DNA from: Nemertoderma westbladi
Lineage: Eukaryota > Animalia > Xenacoelomorpha
Assembly (NCBI GenBank): GCA_032718475.1
Contig: JAUCBJ010005698.1
Location: forward strand, 2,952 to 66,951
Reading direction: 5' to 3'
DNA: 64,000 nucleotides
Positions 1-11,064 of the stretch are shown piece after piece (within the stretch, counting starts at the first letter, position 1; every line of letters begins with the position of its first letter). The notes beneath the pieces are model-generated. The model saw nothing but the letters and a program-made list of their open reading frames with translations. It made no database searches and was not told the origin of the DNA. Made by a program: the position numbers and the translations under genes.

Positions 1-2
1 TT

Positions 3-845
3 CGATCGAAATTGTGGACGGATATTTGCGAGTGACCAATAAAATAAACCGAGTTTATGCTTTTTTACATAAGACCCTAATGGATTACAAAATTCAACAT
101 CGTCATAATAGAGAATGAACTGTAACAATGTTGCTAGGTTATTTGAGTTTTTAGCCAATGGATGGTTCTTAAAAAAATCCCCATCTGATATATCGCAAAA
201 ATAATTTTCCAAATCAGGTTCCAAGTTACGTTTTTGTTCTATTTCATTCAATATTTCTGGGTTTGTTAACAATTGAGCAAGTTGTTCAAGTACGGGGACA
301 AAACAAAACGAGGAACTATTGGGAAGTTGTACTGACCTGGGGTCAATTAACCCACATTCGGAAACATAAAAACTATGTCTAAGAAATGGCGTAGAAAGTT
401 TTTGAAATGCTGACTCCTGATTTTGAGGGATAGGATTATGGATGAGGTCTGGAATAGTTTTCACTACAATATTTACAGCATTTTCCGTCATATTTCCATT
501 ATGCTTGCAGTTTAAAATAAATTTTGCCGTTTCCATGCACTCTGAATCCATTTTATTGCAAAATATCGGCAAAGGTAAATATTTCTTAGAGTACTCAGCT
601 TCTGAGGTAAAATCCGGGGGAAGGGTTAGGGTACTAGTACCAGGTTCTTCCACTCTAAGTCTAGCAGGTGCAAAGCAGTTTTTTGGAATATCGTTTGCTA
701 AAATGCTGTGTTTTCGAAACATATGTGATCTTAAACCAGAGTATGTACGAAACTTACTTCCACATACTGAATCTACTCTATCAGTTACGTTGCACACAAC
801 ATTGAATGTATGTGAATATTTGTAGGCCCGTAGGTAATTTTCCAT
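3..845 (-). CDS. EnSpm/CACTA (CMC)-type transposase, N-terminal 281 aa; ORF runs off the window start
   Basis: Manual translation from ATG 845 is open to the window edge. It has a C2H2-like finger (C..CGSKFRTYSGLRSHMFRKH) and the animal EnSpm core DISDGDFFKNHPL...LQFILYYDDVEFCNPLGSYVKKHKLGLFYWSLANIRPQFRS. Not in the ORF track, presumably because there is no stop in the window. Confidence 0.85.
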   Translation of the reverse strand, partial: MENYLRAYKYSHTFNVVCNVTDRVDSVCGSKFRTYSGLRSHMFRKHSILANDIPKNCFAPARLRVEEPGTSTLTLPPDFTSEAEYSKKYLPLPIFCNKMDSECMETAKFILNCKHNGNMTENAVNIVVKTIPDLIHNPIPQNQESAFQKLSTPFLRHSFYVSECGLIDPRSVQLPNSSSFCFVPVLEQLAQLLTNPEILNEIEQKRNLEPDLENYFCDISDGDFFKNHPLAKNSNNLATLLQFILYYDDVEFCNPLGSYVKKHKLGLFYWSLANIRPQFRS

Positions 846-950
846 TCTCTGATTTATAAAATGTGCAATCTATCCAGATAATTTATGCCTTCCAGGAACT
901 GATCGGAGAGGAACGGAACGGAGATTCTGTTAGGATAAAATAATAAGAAA

Positions 951-1980
951 ATACCATCATATATATAACTAAAATATAAGATAGAAGTCCCATAGCATAA
1001 TTTGGTTTGCGAGAAACAACATCCACATCATGTAAGTATCACTCACTTGTAATGCTAAAGTTTATGATTGATATTGATCAGTATCTATTGGTTTAAAACT
1101 ATATATATATATGAAAAAGACGAGTTTCTGAAGTCAGCGATACCATCATTTCATATAAGCATAAAATATAAGATAGAAGTCCCATAGCATAATTTGGTTT
1201 GCGAGAAACAACATCCACATCATGTAAGTATCACTCACTTGTAATGATTGATATTGATCAGTATCTATTGGTTTAAAACTATATATATATGAAAAAGACG
1301 AGATTCTGAAGTCAGCGATACCATCATATAGAAGTCCCATAGCATAATTTGGTTTGCGAGAAACAACATCCACATCATGTAAGTATCACTCACTTGTAAT
1401 GATTGATATTGATCAGTATCTATTGGTTTAAAACTATATATATATGAAAAAGACGAGATTCTGAAGTCAGCGATACCATCATATAGAAGTCCCATAGCAT
1501 AATTTGGTTTGCGAGAAACAACATCCACATCATGTAAGTATCACTCACTTGTAATGATTGATATTGATCAGTATCTATTGGTTTAAAACTATATATATAT
1601 GAAAAAGACGAGATTCTGAAGTCAGCGATACCATCATATAGAAGTCCCATAGCATAATTTGGTTTGCGAGAAACAACATCCACATCATGTAAGTATCACT
1701 CACTTGTAATGCTAAAGTTTATGATTGATATTGATCAGTATCTATTGGTTTAAAACTATATATATATGAAAAAGACGAGATTCTGAAGTCAGCGATACCA
1801 TCATTTCATATAAGCATAAAATATAAGATAGAAGTCCCATAGCATAATTTGGTTTGCGAGAAACAACATCCACATCATATGTAAGTATCACTCACTTGTA
1901 CGTATATAATGCTAAAGTTTATGATTGATATTGATCATTTTCTATTGATTTAAAACTATATGAATATGCCGAATTTCTGA
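951..1980. repeat. Tandem repeat, ~155-bp unit (variants ~190 bp), ~6 copies
   Basis: ATAGAAGTCCCATAGCATAATTTGG recurs near 981, 1174, 1329, 1484, 1639 and 1828; lies between the PWWP ORF stop and the transposase start. Confidence 0.95.
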
Positions 1981-1982
1981 AT

Positions 1983-3191
1983 TTATTTTTCGATGGCCTC
2001 AGCTAGTGCTCGGGCAAAACATTTGCCAGATTTCTTGGCCGCATACAAATCGAAATTATCGCCAGAATACGGTTCTATATATATATCTCTGACCCATGAA
2101 AAGTTATGGGTTCCATAAAAGTATACCCAGTAGTAAGACCCCTCCTTTTGAGGAGCGTAATTGCTTAGCATTGGTTTAGCAATTAGGCCTGGCCACATAG
2201 TATCCTTTACCCGTAGACGGGCCCACACCTGATCGTGGAATGTGAATCGATTCCCTGATGGAAACTGCCACACCTTATCATACTCGATGTCTGAGGATGA
2301 CTGCGGATCCTTGTCGACAGCAGCATTAGTCTCATTAACATGGTCGTTATCTGACTCTGGCTCGGGAGTGGAATCATTGGACTCATCAGACAATGAAACC
2401 GTATCGTCAGTTTCGCCTTGTTCAGAAGGAGGCCCATGAAAACCACTGTCATCCTTACGGGGGTTATCTTTACCACTCTCGGAGGCCTTGGCAAGACATT
2501 CAGAACTATTACTATTTTTAGTGGAGTTATATCTTTTTTTGTTGTGGCGCCTCTCTGCAAATCTGCCCCGAAATACGACTTTACGGTCTCTCAGCCTCTT
2601 ATGTTTAATTAGGAATTCCGGATACACATTACAAACAGAATCTGCAATGGACTCTAAATCAAAAATCTGCCGTTTCTCATAATCATCAACAAGGAGACGT
2701 ACAGCACTCCTAAATTTCGGGGACAGTGCAGACAATGGGCCAGACACTTCAAACTTTAACACTGGGACGAGTTTTACATTTCTATCTGTGGGAGAAGGCT
2801 GGGGTAGGTAGTAATCACAACCGTCTATGGTTGTCTTAGCTAAATTTTGACGTCGAAGATCAGCCTCCTCTCGATTAAATGATTGACTATTTGGGGTCGA
2901 ACCCAGATCACAACTGGATGTTGAAGAGGCAGAATTGGGTACATTCAAATCTGATTCGTGTGATACCTTCTGCCTTTTACTTGTCGGAGTAACTACATTG
3001 CCAGTGTATATTTCATTTTCTTTGAAGCAACCTGGGCATATACGCCAGTGTGGCTTCATAATGAAAGAGCAACATTTTATTTCTTTCTTGGCATATAATG
3101 GTATGCTACATGACGGACATATTTTCATGCGCAAATCAAGTTCTTCCCCACAGTCACAAATTGGTTCATGTAAAGATTGTAAACTTGACAT
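1983..3191 (-). CDS. 402-aa protein: double zinc ribbon, transposon accessory-like middle domain, acidic linker, C-terminal PWWP domain
   Basis: N-terminal Cys clusters (CDC, CPSC, CC, CPGC). C-terminus DQVWARLRVKDTMWPGLI...YWVYFYGTHNFSWV...FARALAEAIE matches the PWWP pattern. Intronless. Confidence 0.85.
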   Translation of the reverse strand: MSSLQSLHEPICDCGEELDLRMKICPSCSIPLYAKKEIKCCSFIMKPHWRICPGCFKENEIYTGNVVTPTSKRQKVSHESDLNVPNSASSTSSCDLGSTPNSQSFNREEADLRRQNLAKTTIDGCDYYLPQPSPTDRNVKLVPVLKFEVSGPLSALSPKFRSAVRLLVDDYEKRQIFDLESIADSVCNVYPEFLIKHKRLRDRKVVFRGRFAERRHNKKRYNSTKNSNSSECLAKASESGKDNPRKDDSGFHGPPSEQGETDDTVSLSDESNDSTPEPESDNDHVNETNAAVDKDPQSSSDIEYDKVWQFPSGNRFTFHDQVWARLRVKDTMWPGLIAKPMLSNYAPQKEGSYYWVYFYGTHNFSWVRDIYIEPYSGDNFDLYAAKKSGKCFARALAEAIEK

Positions 3192-3462
3192 TGCTATACT
3201 AAGTAATGGTATGAAAATAAATTCCGCAATAACACTAGAGATAAATACACTTAATATGAGATGGTCCTGATTATAGTATTATGCAACATTAGATACCGAT
3301 AAGTCAGTGTCAGTCAGTCAGTGAGTACTGAGTATAGGTATGTGAAACGATGGGTTCTGCGTCTTTACTGCATTATGCTTTTATGTTCTTTGGTCCTGCG
3401 AGTTAGGTCGTGGCGTGCGAAGGACAAACGACCTAATGAGAATGACCTAGGACTTAACACAA

Positions 3463-4337
3463 CAGGGAGTTAGTAGGAATGGAAATAGGGGTTGTTATTC
3501 CCTGCAACAGGAGGTTAATAGGCATGCAACCTGGGGTTGTGCATACCAAAGGAAGGTTAGTAGACATGCAACTGGGGGTTGTGAATACCACTGCAGCACT
3601 GTACCAACTTAAGGTCCGGTTATTTAGAGCAGCAGTAGTTCCAGTACCGGTACTCCTCTATGGGAGTCCATGCTGGGCTCTAACTGCTGAGGACACCAAA
3701 TCTCTGGACGGCACATTCACAAGAATGCTACGCCTGGTTCATTGTGTCAAGTTCAATGCACACATCTCCAACCAGACACTATATAACATTGGAGGTGTCT
3801 CATTGGTTCCCCCAAGCTTGACACTAGAACAAAATCGCCTCCGCTTTGCAGGACATTGCTTTCGCTGTGAGGACCAGCCAGTGCATAATCTTGTACTTTG
3901 GCAGCTTGTACAGGGTGCCTTTGGGACAGTTGGTTGTAGTAATACTGTCATAATAAGACATGTGTGCGGCTTTAGGTTGACAACTTCAACTTATGCAACT
4001 GGGGGTTGTGCATACGAACGGGAGGTTAGTCTGTTAGTAGGCATGCAACTGCAACTGGGGGTTGTGCCATGCAACAGGAGGTTAATAGGCATGCAACTGG
4101 GGGTTGTGTCATGCAACAGTAGGTTAATAGGCCTGCAACTGGGGGTTAATAGAGTAATACAGTAATAAGGCCTGCAAGTGGCTGAATGGGGGTTGTGCAT
4201 ACCAACTGCAGGTTAATAGGCATGCAACTGGGGGTTGTGTTGTGCATACCAGCATACCAACGGGAGGTTAGTAGGCATGCAACTAGGGGTTGTAGGCCTA
4301 CCATACCATGCAACAGGAGGTTAATAGGCATGCAAAG
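3463..4337. repeat. Degenerate ~42-bp minisatellite (GGGGGTTGTGCATACCAAC..GGAGGTTAATAGGCATGCAACT), interrupted by a LINE fragment
   Basis: Recurrent GGCATGCAACTGGGGGTTGTG units. Confidence 0.8.
3606..3904 (+). mobile_element. RTE-clade LINE 3' fragment
   Basis: LKVRLFRAAVVPV..LLYGSPCWALT...RLRFAGHCFR; nearly identical to copies at ~19080, ~31640 and ~63400-63680. Confidence 0.85.
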
Positions 4338-5157
4338 GCAAAGGGCTGACGGGGGTTTTGCAATGTAACAGGATAATATAGTTAGGCTTGGGTGCCTTTG
4401 GGACAGTTGGTTGTAGTAATCCTGTTATAATAAGACACGATGTGTGCGGCTTTACGTTGATGACCGCTGCACACTGCAGGCGATGGACAGGTGGACCAAA
4501 AATGAGCACATTATTAGCCATAGAAGAGAACACGCATTGCGTGCGTCAGTGCGTGCCGGCAGGCAGGCATCTGGCGAGTATAGTTATATAGTAGGTCTAC
4601 CATCTACCGCTACCGGTCAGCCTCAGCCGGTAGCGGTCTGGCGGTAGGCCGTACTGTACTGTAGTACCGGTAAGTAGGCTAGCTTTATTGCAGGAAGCAC
4701 ATAAGTGTTCCATAAGTATTCCGGCACTGTGCGCGCAGTGCAGTCTTGAATGCCGTAGCCGTACGCAGAGATGGAGCTAAACAGATGAGAGCAAAAGCTT
4801 ATCTCATTATCTGCCTAGGTGCTGTGCTAGGTCTATGAAACCAGTATCAAACCAACCCAGCAACCTGTCAATTACTGGTAGGATTATACAGTCTGGGCAG
4901 TATACTGGCAGACTGGTATGTCAGTGTCAGTATGTACAGATGTAGGCTACTGACAGACTGACGTTTTATGAATGAATACACTAATTCAGCAATCAAATGA
5001 GCAAGAATACTGGACCTACATTTTTATTGAACAGTGGTGCTTGGGCATGTAGTTGTATCTTTATCATGAATCATGCCAGCTGTAATAAGAGTATTACGGG
5101 TTTTATTATACAACTCAGGGTTAGTGAGGTTACTGGCAGCAATTAAGAACGTGAGAC

Positions 5158-5687
5158 TGTGGGGCGAGCCACGAAGTGAGCGAAGCCTTAGCATATGGGT
5201 ACCATTAACGAGTTGTCTGTCGTCGTCGTCGTAAATTTTTGATCGCTAATAACTCGGTTATTCCTTGATGAAATTTGGACGAACGAACGCAACGAGTTTA
5301 CAGTGGATACGAGTATCCATCTGCCATAAATCAGCAGTTACTCTCACAGTTTCGAGACTTTGCGCAGTTATAAAGGTCGTTAGTCTCCCTTTAGGGAAAT
5401 TATTTTAAAACAAAACAGGACGAGCGCAACGAGGCCAATGAAGGATAAGGGTACTGTAATACTAAAAATGTCATACTTAACTTAAATAGCCCTAGTTAGA
5501 AGGTTTACAAATGACAGTTAAAGTGTGTAAGGAAATGGATCTCTATTTTTACAACTAGTTTATCACAAACCATCAAAGCATCGCCTTCTTCTTAGGAAAG
5601 AGGGTATTCGTATATCTAATAGAGATTAGTATAATGTACTTTCTAATTTAGGCTCTCGTGCCGCGCGAAGGCCCCACGAACGTGTGT
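5158..5687 (+). mobile_element. ~530-bp non-autonomous interspersed repeat, Helitron/HINE-like (copy 1)
   Basis: Homologous end to end with 17941-18541; GTGGGG...CCCCAC subterminal inverted motifs, (GTC)n tract, short GC-rich hairpins. Superfamily is inferred. Confidence 0.6.
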
Positions 5688-5744
5688 TTGTATGTATAGT
5701 AATAACCTGCAGTTGTGAAAATACAACCATTTTACATTTCTTAG

Positions 5745-6345
5745 AAACCGCCGGTTTGCAAACTATATGTGTTTATTAACAAGAACCAACAGTTTAAAAA
5801 TAAAACCGACATTTTTACTTTTCATAGAAACCGCCGGTTTGCAAACCATATGTGTTTATTAACAAGAACCAACAGTTTGAAAATAAAACCGCCATTTTTG
5901 TATTTCATAAAAACCGCCGGTTTGCAAACTATATGTGTTTATTAACAAGAACCAACAGTTTGAAAAAAAAACCGCCATTTTTATATTTCATAAAAACCGC
6001 CGGTTTGCAAACTATGTGTTTATTAACAAGAACCAACAGTTTGAAAATAAAACCGACATTTTTACTTTTCATAGAAACCGCCGGTTTGCAAACCATATGT
6101 GTTTATTAACAAGAACCAACAGTTTGAAAATAAAACCGCCATTTTTATATTTCATAAAAACCGCCGGTTTGCGAACTATATGTGTTTATTAACAAGAACC
6201 AACAGTTTGAAAATAAAACCGACATTTTTACTTTTCATAGAAACCGCCGGTTTGCAAACCATATGTGTTTATTAACAAGAACCAACAGTTTGAAAATAAA
6301 ACCGCCATTTTTATATTTCATAAAACCGCCGGTTTGCAAACTATA
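5745..6345. repeat. Tandem repeat, ~83-bp unit with alternating variants, ~7 copies; probable EnSpm subterminal array
   Basis: AAACCGCCGGTTTGCAAAC(T/C)ATATGTGTTTATTAACAAGAACCAACAG repeated. Confidence 0.9.
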
Positions 6346-7542
6346 TATGTATTTCTTAATAACAACCGCTGGTTTGAAATAAGAATAACCACTTTTTTAA
6401 TACAACCAGCACATTCTTTGCAGAATTCCCAAATGACCACCGGTTTCAAATCAGGTAATATAACAAATATTTCTTGAACCAGCGGTTTCAAATCGTAACC
6501 GGTGGTTCCTACCAGCCATGTTTTTATCATCCATACTAACCCCCGGTTTAACAATCACTACCACCAGTTCCTAACCATAACCAATGGTTAAAAAATCGAC
6601 CGGCACTTACTTTTTTCAGTGTAGAAATATTAAAGCTATTCCCTTATTCTTATTTTTGGAGGAAGAGGTTAAAACGTTACACGTTTGTATTTCACCAATA
6701 GCCAAGACATACTTATGTCGATAGATATATATTATAATGTCGCTTGTAAGTTTCTTGTCTGTATGTATATTTATTTAGTGTGAGTGGATTATGATCGGTG
6801 ACTGACTATGCATGTACCATAGCTACAAGAATATCGTCACCAGTTACTAAAACCTAGTCAGTAGGTTAGGATATCTTTATTATTTCTCATAGTTTCGCCG
6901 CTGGTTTTGGTTTACAATGAGTTTCCGATATATACTTTTATTTCATTGAACTTCCAAAGTGTTTTGTGTATCACGTTATAGTTGCGCAGCTTTAGCAGCA
7001 AAGTTAAAAAAAAACAGATAAATTTCCAAGAATTTAACATAAACAATTTCATGACAATGCATTTGAAACACTGTAAACAACACAATTTAAACCAGAAATA
7101 ATTTCATATAAACGTGGCCTAAATAATACTAGGGAGTTTGTTAAAAAAGTTCGAGAGCACATTTAAAGTAAACATGAAACACCGTATTAAATTTACACAG
7201 ATATTATGAATATAAGGTTAAGATATATAAACAAACAAACAATATTTTCTATTACAACCGGCGAATACTGAAAGTTAGTTCAATTGTTTTTCCATAAAAG
7301 CCAATTTGAATTTCTGATAAAGGAGTCAGCATCTAGTAAACTAAGATATTCGTAAACAAACATAGGCCTGTGTTCTTGTCACCATTTTGTATTTATAGTA
7401 AATATGTATTAGCGTTAAATGTGTAAAGTTGTCTTCTAGCATGTGCCATGTATGTATATGTTTATTATAGTCTAATGCGGGGCTAACAATACTAAATGAA
7501 GTATATATGTTGTGTTGGAAACACAAATTATATAAAAGCCGC

Positions 7543-9699
7543 TTACCATCCCTCGTACGAATCTTGATAGAAAGCCGCGTCATCTCCGAACTTCTTCTTA
7601 GCCGGAGCCGGAGCTTGGGCCGAAGGAGCAGCGGGTTGGGCCTGCGGGGCCTTCCTCTTGATCCCGGCCCTGGCGCCTCGCATCTCCAACGCGTTCATGG
7701 CCCCCCCGCGCGGCACCATACCTCCACGCATGGCCCCACGTTGCGGGTAGCCCCCATAGCCCCCGTAACCCCCACCACCGCCCCCTCCTCCGTACCCCAT
7801 TGCACTCTGCCCCCCCATCATGCCCCCTCCGTACATGGCCCCCCTGGCTACCGCGCCGCCGCCGCCCCGGGCTGGACCCCCCCTGGGTAGACCCCCCCGA
7901 CCCGAGGGGGCCATCCCCCTGCTGCCCCCCATCGGACCCCCGCGCCCAGGGTACGCCCCCCGCCCACGCATGGTCGCGCTCGGCCGTTGCTGCTGGTAAT
8001 AATCTCCGCCACCGTAACCGCCACTGTAATAATAATTGTACCCATAGCCACCGTCGCCATAACCACCAGCATACGGATCTTGGTAACCCCCGTAACCGCC
8101 ATATCCTTCATTACCATAATAGTAATCGTCATAGTAACCAGGCGCTGGACCTTGACGCCCTCTACCGGGACCTTGTCCGTAGACCAGATCCGCCATCATC
8201 TTCCGCTCAGCTTCGGCTCGCTTCCTCGCATCCATGCGAGCGTTCTTCCGTTTCTTCAACTCATCGCTGGAGGGTTTGGCGAGGTAACACGAGATCTCAT
8301 GATCATCTATGTTCAGACCATTCATAGCTTCGATAGCCTTCTCCGCGCTATCTCTCTCATTGAAATGGACGAAGGCGTAATCCTTGATTTTCCTAACTTT
8401 CTCCATTTCCCCGAACTCTTTAAACTTTTCTTTCACTGTTTCCTCTGAGGTTGTAGAACTCAACCCCTTCACGTAGACAACCTTCACCTTAGACATGACC
8501 TCGGCGTCGGGTTCGTCCTCCGCGTCGGCCCAGTCTACCGCTACCGTGTGGCCCTGGAAGGGCACCACCTTGCCATTGGAGATTTTCTTGACCGCGATGG
8601 ATGCAGTTCTATGACAATCAAAATCGACGAAACAGAATCCGCGGTTCTTCTTTTTGTCGTCAATCTGGGGGTAGACTATGACATCTTTAACTCCCTCTAG
8701 GATGTCGGTGAGGGCAGCAAGGATCTGCTCGCGGGTCTTGTGTTTCGGAATCGAAGCTATGAATATACGCGTATTAGGTCGGGAGACATTGACGGTAATC
8801 TTTCTATCTCTGATGGTGTAATTGTTAAACTTCTTGCAGGCTGCATCAGCCGCTTCCTGCTCACAGAAGGTGACAAAACAGAATCCCCTATTCAATGAAG
8901 TCATTGGATCGAGCATCAATCTCAGATCATATATCTTACCAGCTTCTTCAAATATTGGTACCAACTCGTCCTCAAACACATCCCTCGGGAGTCTGCCCAC
9001 AAACACATTGCACTGGCCTGTAGGTTCGCTTTCCACCCCAGGAGCAGGGCCATACTTACGCTGGCCTGTTGTAACCTCAATTGGATAATTAGTACGATCG
9101 CATAATTCCTTTAATTTATCGGGATCGGGGCCGGGTTTCTTCACTTCTTCAGCAGGTCCGGGGGCAGCTGATAAACCCCCCCTTTGACGGAATGACTTTA
9201 TCATGCCACACAAGAACGCACTTTTGTTCTTGATGCGGGTTACATCAGATCCTTTGTACTGCTGTAAAACAGAAACAGCTGATTCGGGGTCCATATCATT
9301 CAAAGCATCAGTAGCCCTAATATCTAACTCCTCAGACGTAAGGGCCCCGATCTTGGAGCATGAATCTAATACATCAGCTACTGAAGCGTGAAACCCAATG
9401 CCAAGAAACACATCATAAGCATCACTGTGTGTTTCGCTTTCAGCACCATTTTCTGTGGGAGGGTTATCAGTATCAGTGGTTTCCATTTTCACGATGTCTG
9501 ATGGTTCTACTTTGATGCTGTCTGCTTCATCGACACCAGGTTTAACCAAACCATTCTCCACATAGTGATTATAGAGCCGTTGGCAGAGTTCAGCCTTTAA
9601 CCCTTCAGTTGGTAGTCCAGCATCAGTCAGGCTTTGCTTGATTTCAGGTACAGTTAACCTCTTGATTGATGCCAATGAGTAATCTAATTCTGCTGCCAT
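7543..9699 (-). CDS. SYNCRIP: hnRNP Q/R (SYNCRIP/Syp-like) RNA-binding protein: SAP domain, N-terminal acidic/NURR region, 3 RRMs, Y/G- and RGG-rich tail; single coding exon
   Basis: LTVPEIKQSL...GLPTEGLKAELCQRL (SAP); IKNKSAFLCGMIK; VTTGQRKYG; VFVGRLPRDVFEDELVP; RLMLDPMTSLNRGFCFV; KKKNRGFCFV; VDWAD..DEPDAEVMSKVKV; KIKDYAFVHF; ends FYQDSYEGW. Q versus R orthology is not resolvable. Confidence 0.95.
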   Translation of the reverse strand: MAAELDYSLASIKRLTVPEIKQSLTDAGLPTEGLKAELCQRLYNHYVENGLVKPGVDEADSIKVEPSDIVKMETTDTDNPPTENGAESETHSDAYDVFLGIGFHASVADVLDSCSKIGALTSEELDIRATDALNDMDPESAVSVLQQYKGSDVTRIKNKSAFLCGMIKSFRQRGGLSAAPGPAEEVKKPGPDPDKLKELCDRTNYPIEVTTGQRKYGPAPGVESEPTGQCNVFVGRLPRDVFEDELVPIFEEAGKIYDLRLMLDPMTSLNRGFCFVTFCEQEAADAACKKFNNYTIRDRKITVNVSRPNTRIFIASIPKHKTREQILAALTDILEGVKDVIVYPQIDDKKKNRGFCFVDFDCHRTASIAVKKISNGKVVPFQGHTVAVDWADAEDEPDAEVMSKVKVVYVKGLSSTTSEETVKEKFKEFGEMEKVRKIKDYAFVHFNERDSAEKAIEAMNGLNIDDHEISCYLAKPSSDELKKRKNARMDARKRAEAERKMMADLVYGQGPGRGRQGPAPGYYDDYYYGNEGYGGYGGYQDPYAGGYGDGGYGYNYYYSGGYGGGDYYQQQRPSATMRGRGAYPGRGGPMGGSRGMAPSGRGGLPRGGPARGGGGAVARGAMYGGGMMGGQSAMGYGGGGGGGGYGGYGGYPQRGAMRGGMVPRGGAMNALEMRGARAGIKRKAPQAQPAAPSAQAPAPAKKKFGDDAAFYQDSYEGW

Positions 9700-10107
9700 G
9701 ATTAAAACTCAAAAGCAGGTATTCCAAATATAAATAGCCGAATTTTTAGATTGCACACTGTATTTAGGCCTCCTAGAGATAAATAAACAGTAAACTGGTA
9801 AACACAATTATATCTATTGGTTGCCAATCTGACAGTACAGCAGTATGAGTAGAGTGTAGTGATTTAAGTCCGAAAATATTTGGTTTCAGGCCTACTCAGG
9901 TTCTACAAAGTACCGGTAAGAAGACTAGAGGCAAGTGGACAGTTACAGATGCAATTCTAATGTTTTGAAATTCAAATTGAGCAGCAAATTTCAACAGTAT
10001 GATCAGGAAGAAACAAAAAGGAAAGAAATCAAAACAATAAACGAGAGTTAGGAATATTGTAGCTGTAAGAAACGAAATGGGGTTAGCGACTCGAAATTTG
10101 TTTAAAG

Positions 10108-11064
10108 TAGGGATGTGCCGGATTGACCTTTTTCAAACCGGCCAGACCGGAACCGGATTTGTAAAAAAAATCCGGCCGGAATTCCGGCCAAAGCCGAATT
10201 TTTGTATATACAACCAAAACCATTTGCACCATAACCTACGCCGATTGGATATTTGCTAATTTGATATAATGGGTTGATTTGATGTTGTTAAAATGTAAAA
10301 TATGAAAATGAAATGAAATAAAGTGCAAATTGAAAAATTGAAAAGAACGAAGTAATAATAGAATAATAGCTGTACCGGTCTGCCGGTAGTGTTTTTATAC
10401 TCTCTGAGTTAAATGGGATTTACTAGAGTTTCTAAATTACCTGTCGAATAATATATAAACTGGTCATTCACGGCGGTAAGCTTAATCTCAATTTATAACA
10501 ATACCTAGACCTAACACCAACGCTTGCGTGCTTGGACAATATACAGATATAATATTTATTGACTAGTTAATAATTAGGCCTAGTACAGTATATGGGCTGG
10601 GCATAAGTGTACTAATTAATTAAATGTTAGTGAGGCTGAAGCCAACCAAATACAAAGATTCTTGGCAAAAAAGTAGTCAGTAAGCTCAGCATATCGATTG
10701 TCATAGATAGTCATCATAGTACTGTAGTAGAGATAGTCATAAAATTATAGCTCTGCTTTAGACTTTATCATAATTCATTACATGAATAATTAAGATGATA
10801 CAAACTATCTAAAAAAATGGTATTGTAGTCCATTGTAGAGTTGTAGGCCTATTTGCTTACCGGTATGTTTAAATTTGTGTGAATTTGAAAGAAAATTTAT
10901 TTTGATGTTTTTTTTGAAAATTTATATTAATTGTAAATTGTGTTAACAATTAGTTGAAATGGAAATCCGGCCAAAAAATTGAAATCCGGCCGGAGCCGGA
11001 ACCGGATTTTTTTCTCTAAATCCGGCCGGAATTCCGGCCCGGCCGGATATCCGGCACACCCCTA
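10108..11064. mobile_element. Non-autonomous hAT-type element (MITE), 957 bp
   Basis: Ends TAGGGATGTGCCGGAT...ATCCGGCACACCCCTA; perfect 8-bp TSD GTTTAAAG at 10100-10107 and 11065-11072; CCGG-rich subterminal repeats. Confidence 0.9.

Larger units (their letters stand above)
1..6621 (-). mobile_element. Putative EnSpm/CACTA DNA transposon, 5' part (transposase + accessory ORF + subterminal repeats), with nested insertions
   Basis: Minus strand starts CACTGAAAAAAG at 6621, followed by many near-palindromic AACC(G/A)CCGGTTT motifs, then two co-oriented ORFs. The other end is outside the window, so no TIR pair or TSD can be checked. Confidence 0.6.

Noticed and set aside
442-825. 127-aa plus-strand ORF
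   Set aside because: Antisense shadow of the minus-strand transposase frame.
1146-1683. Three near-identical 75-87-aa ORFs
   Set aside because: Products of the 155-bp tandem repeat.
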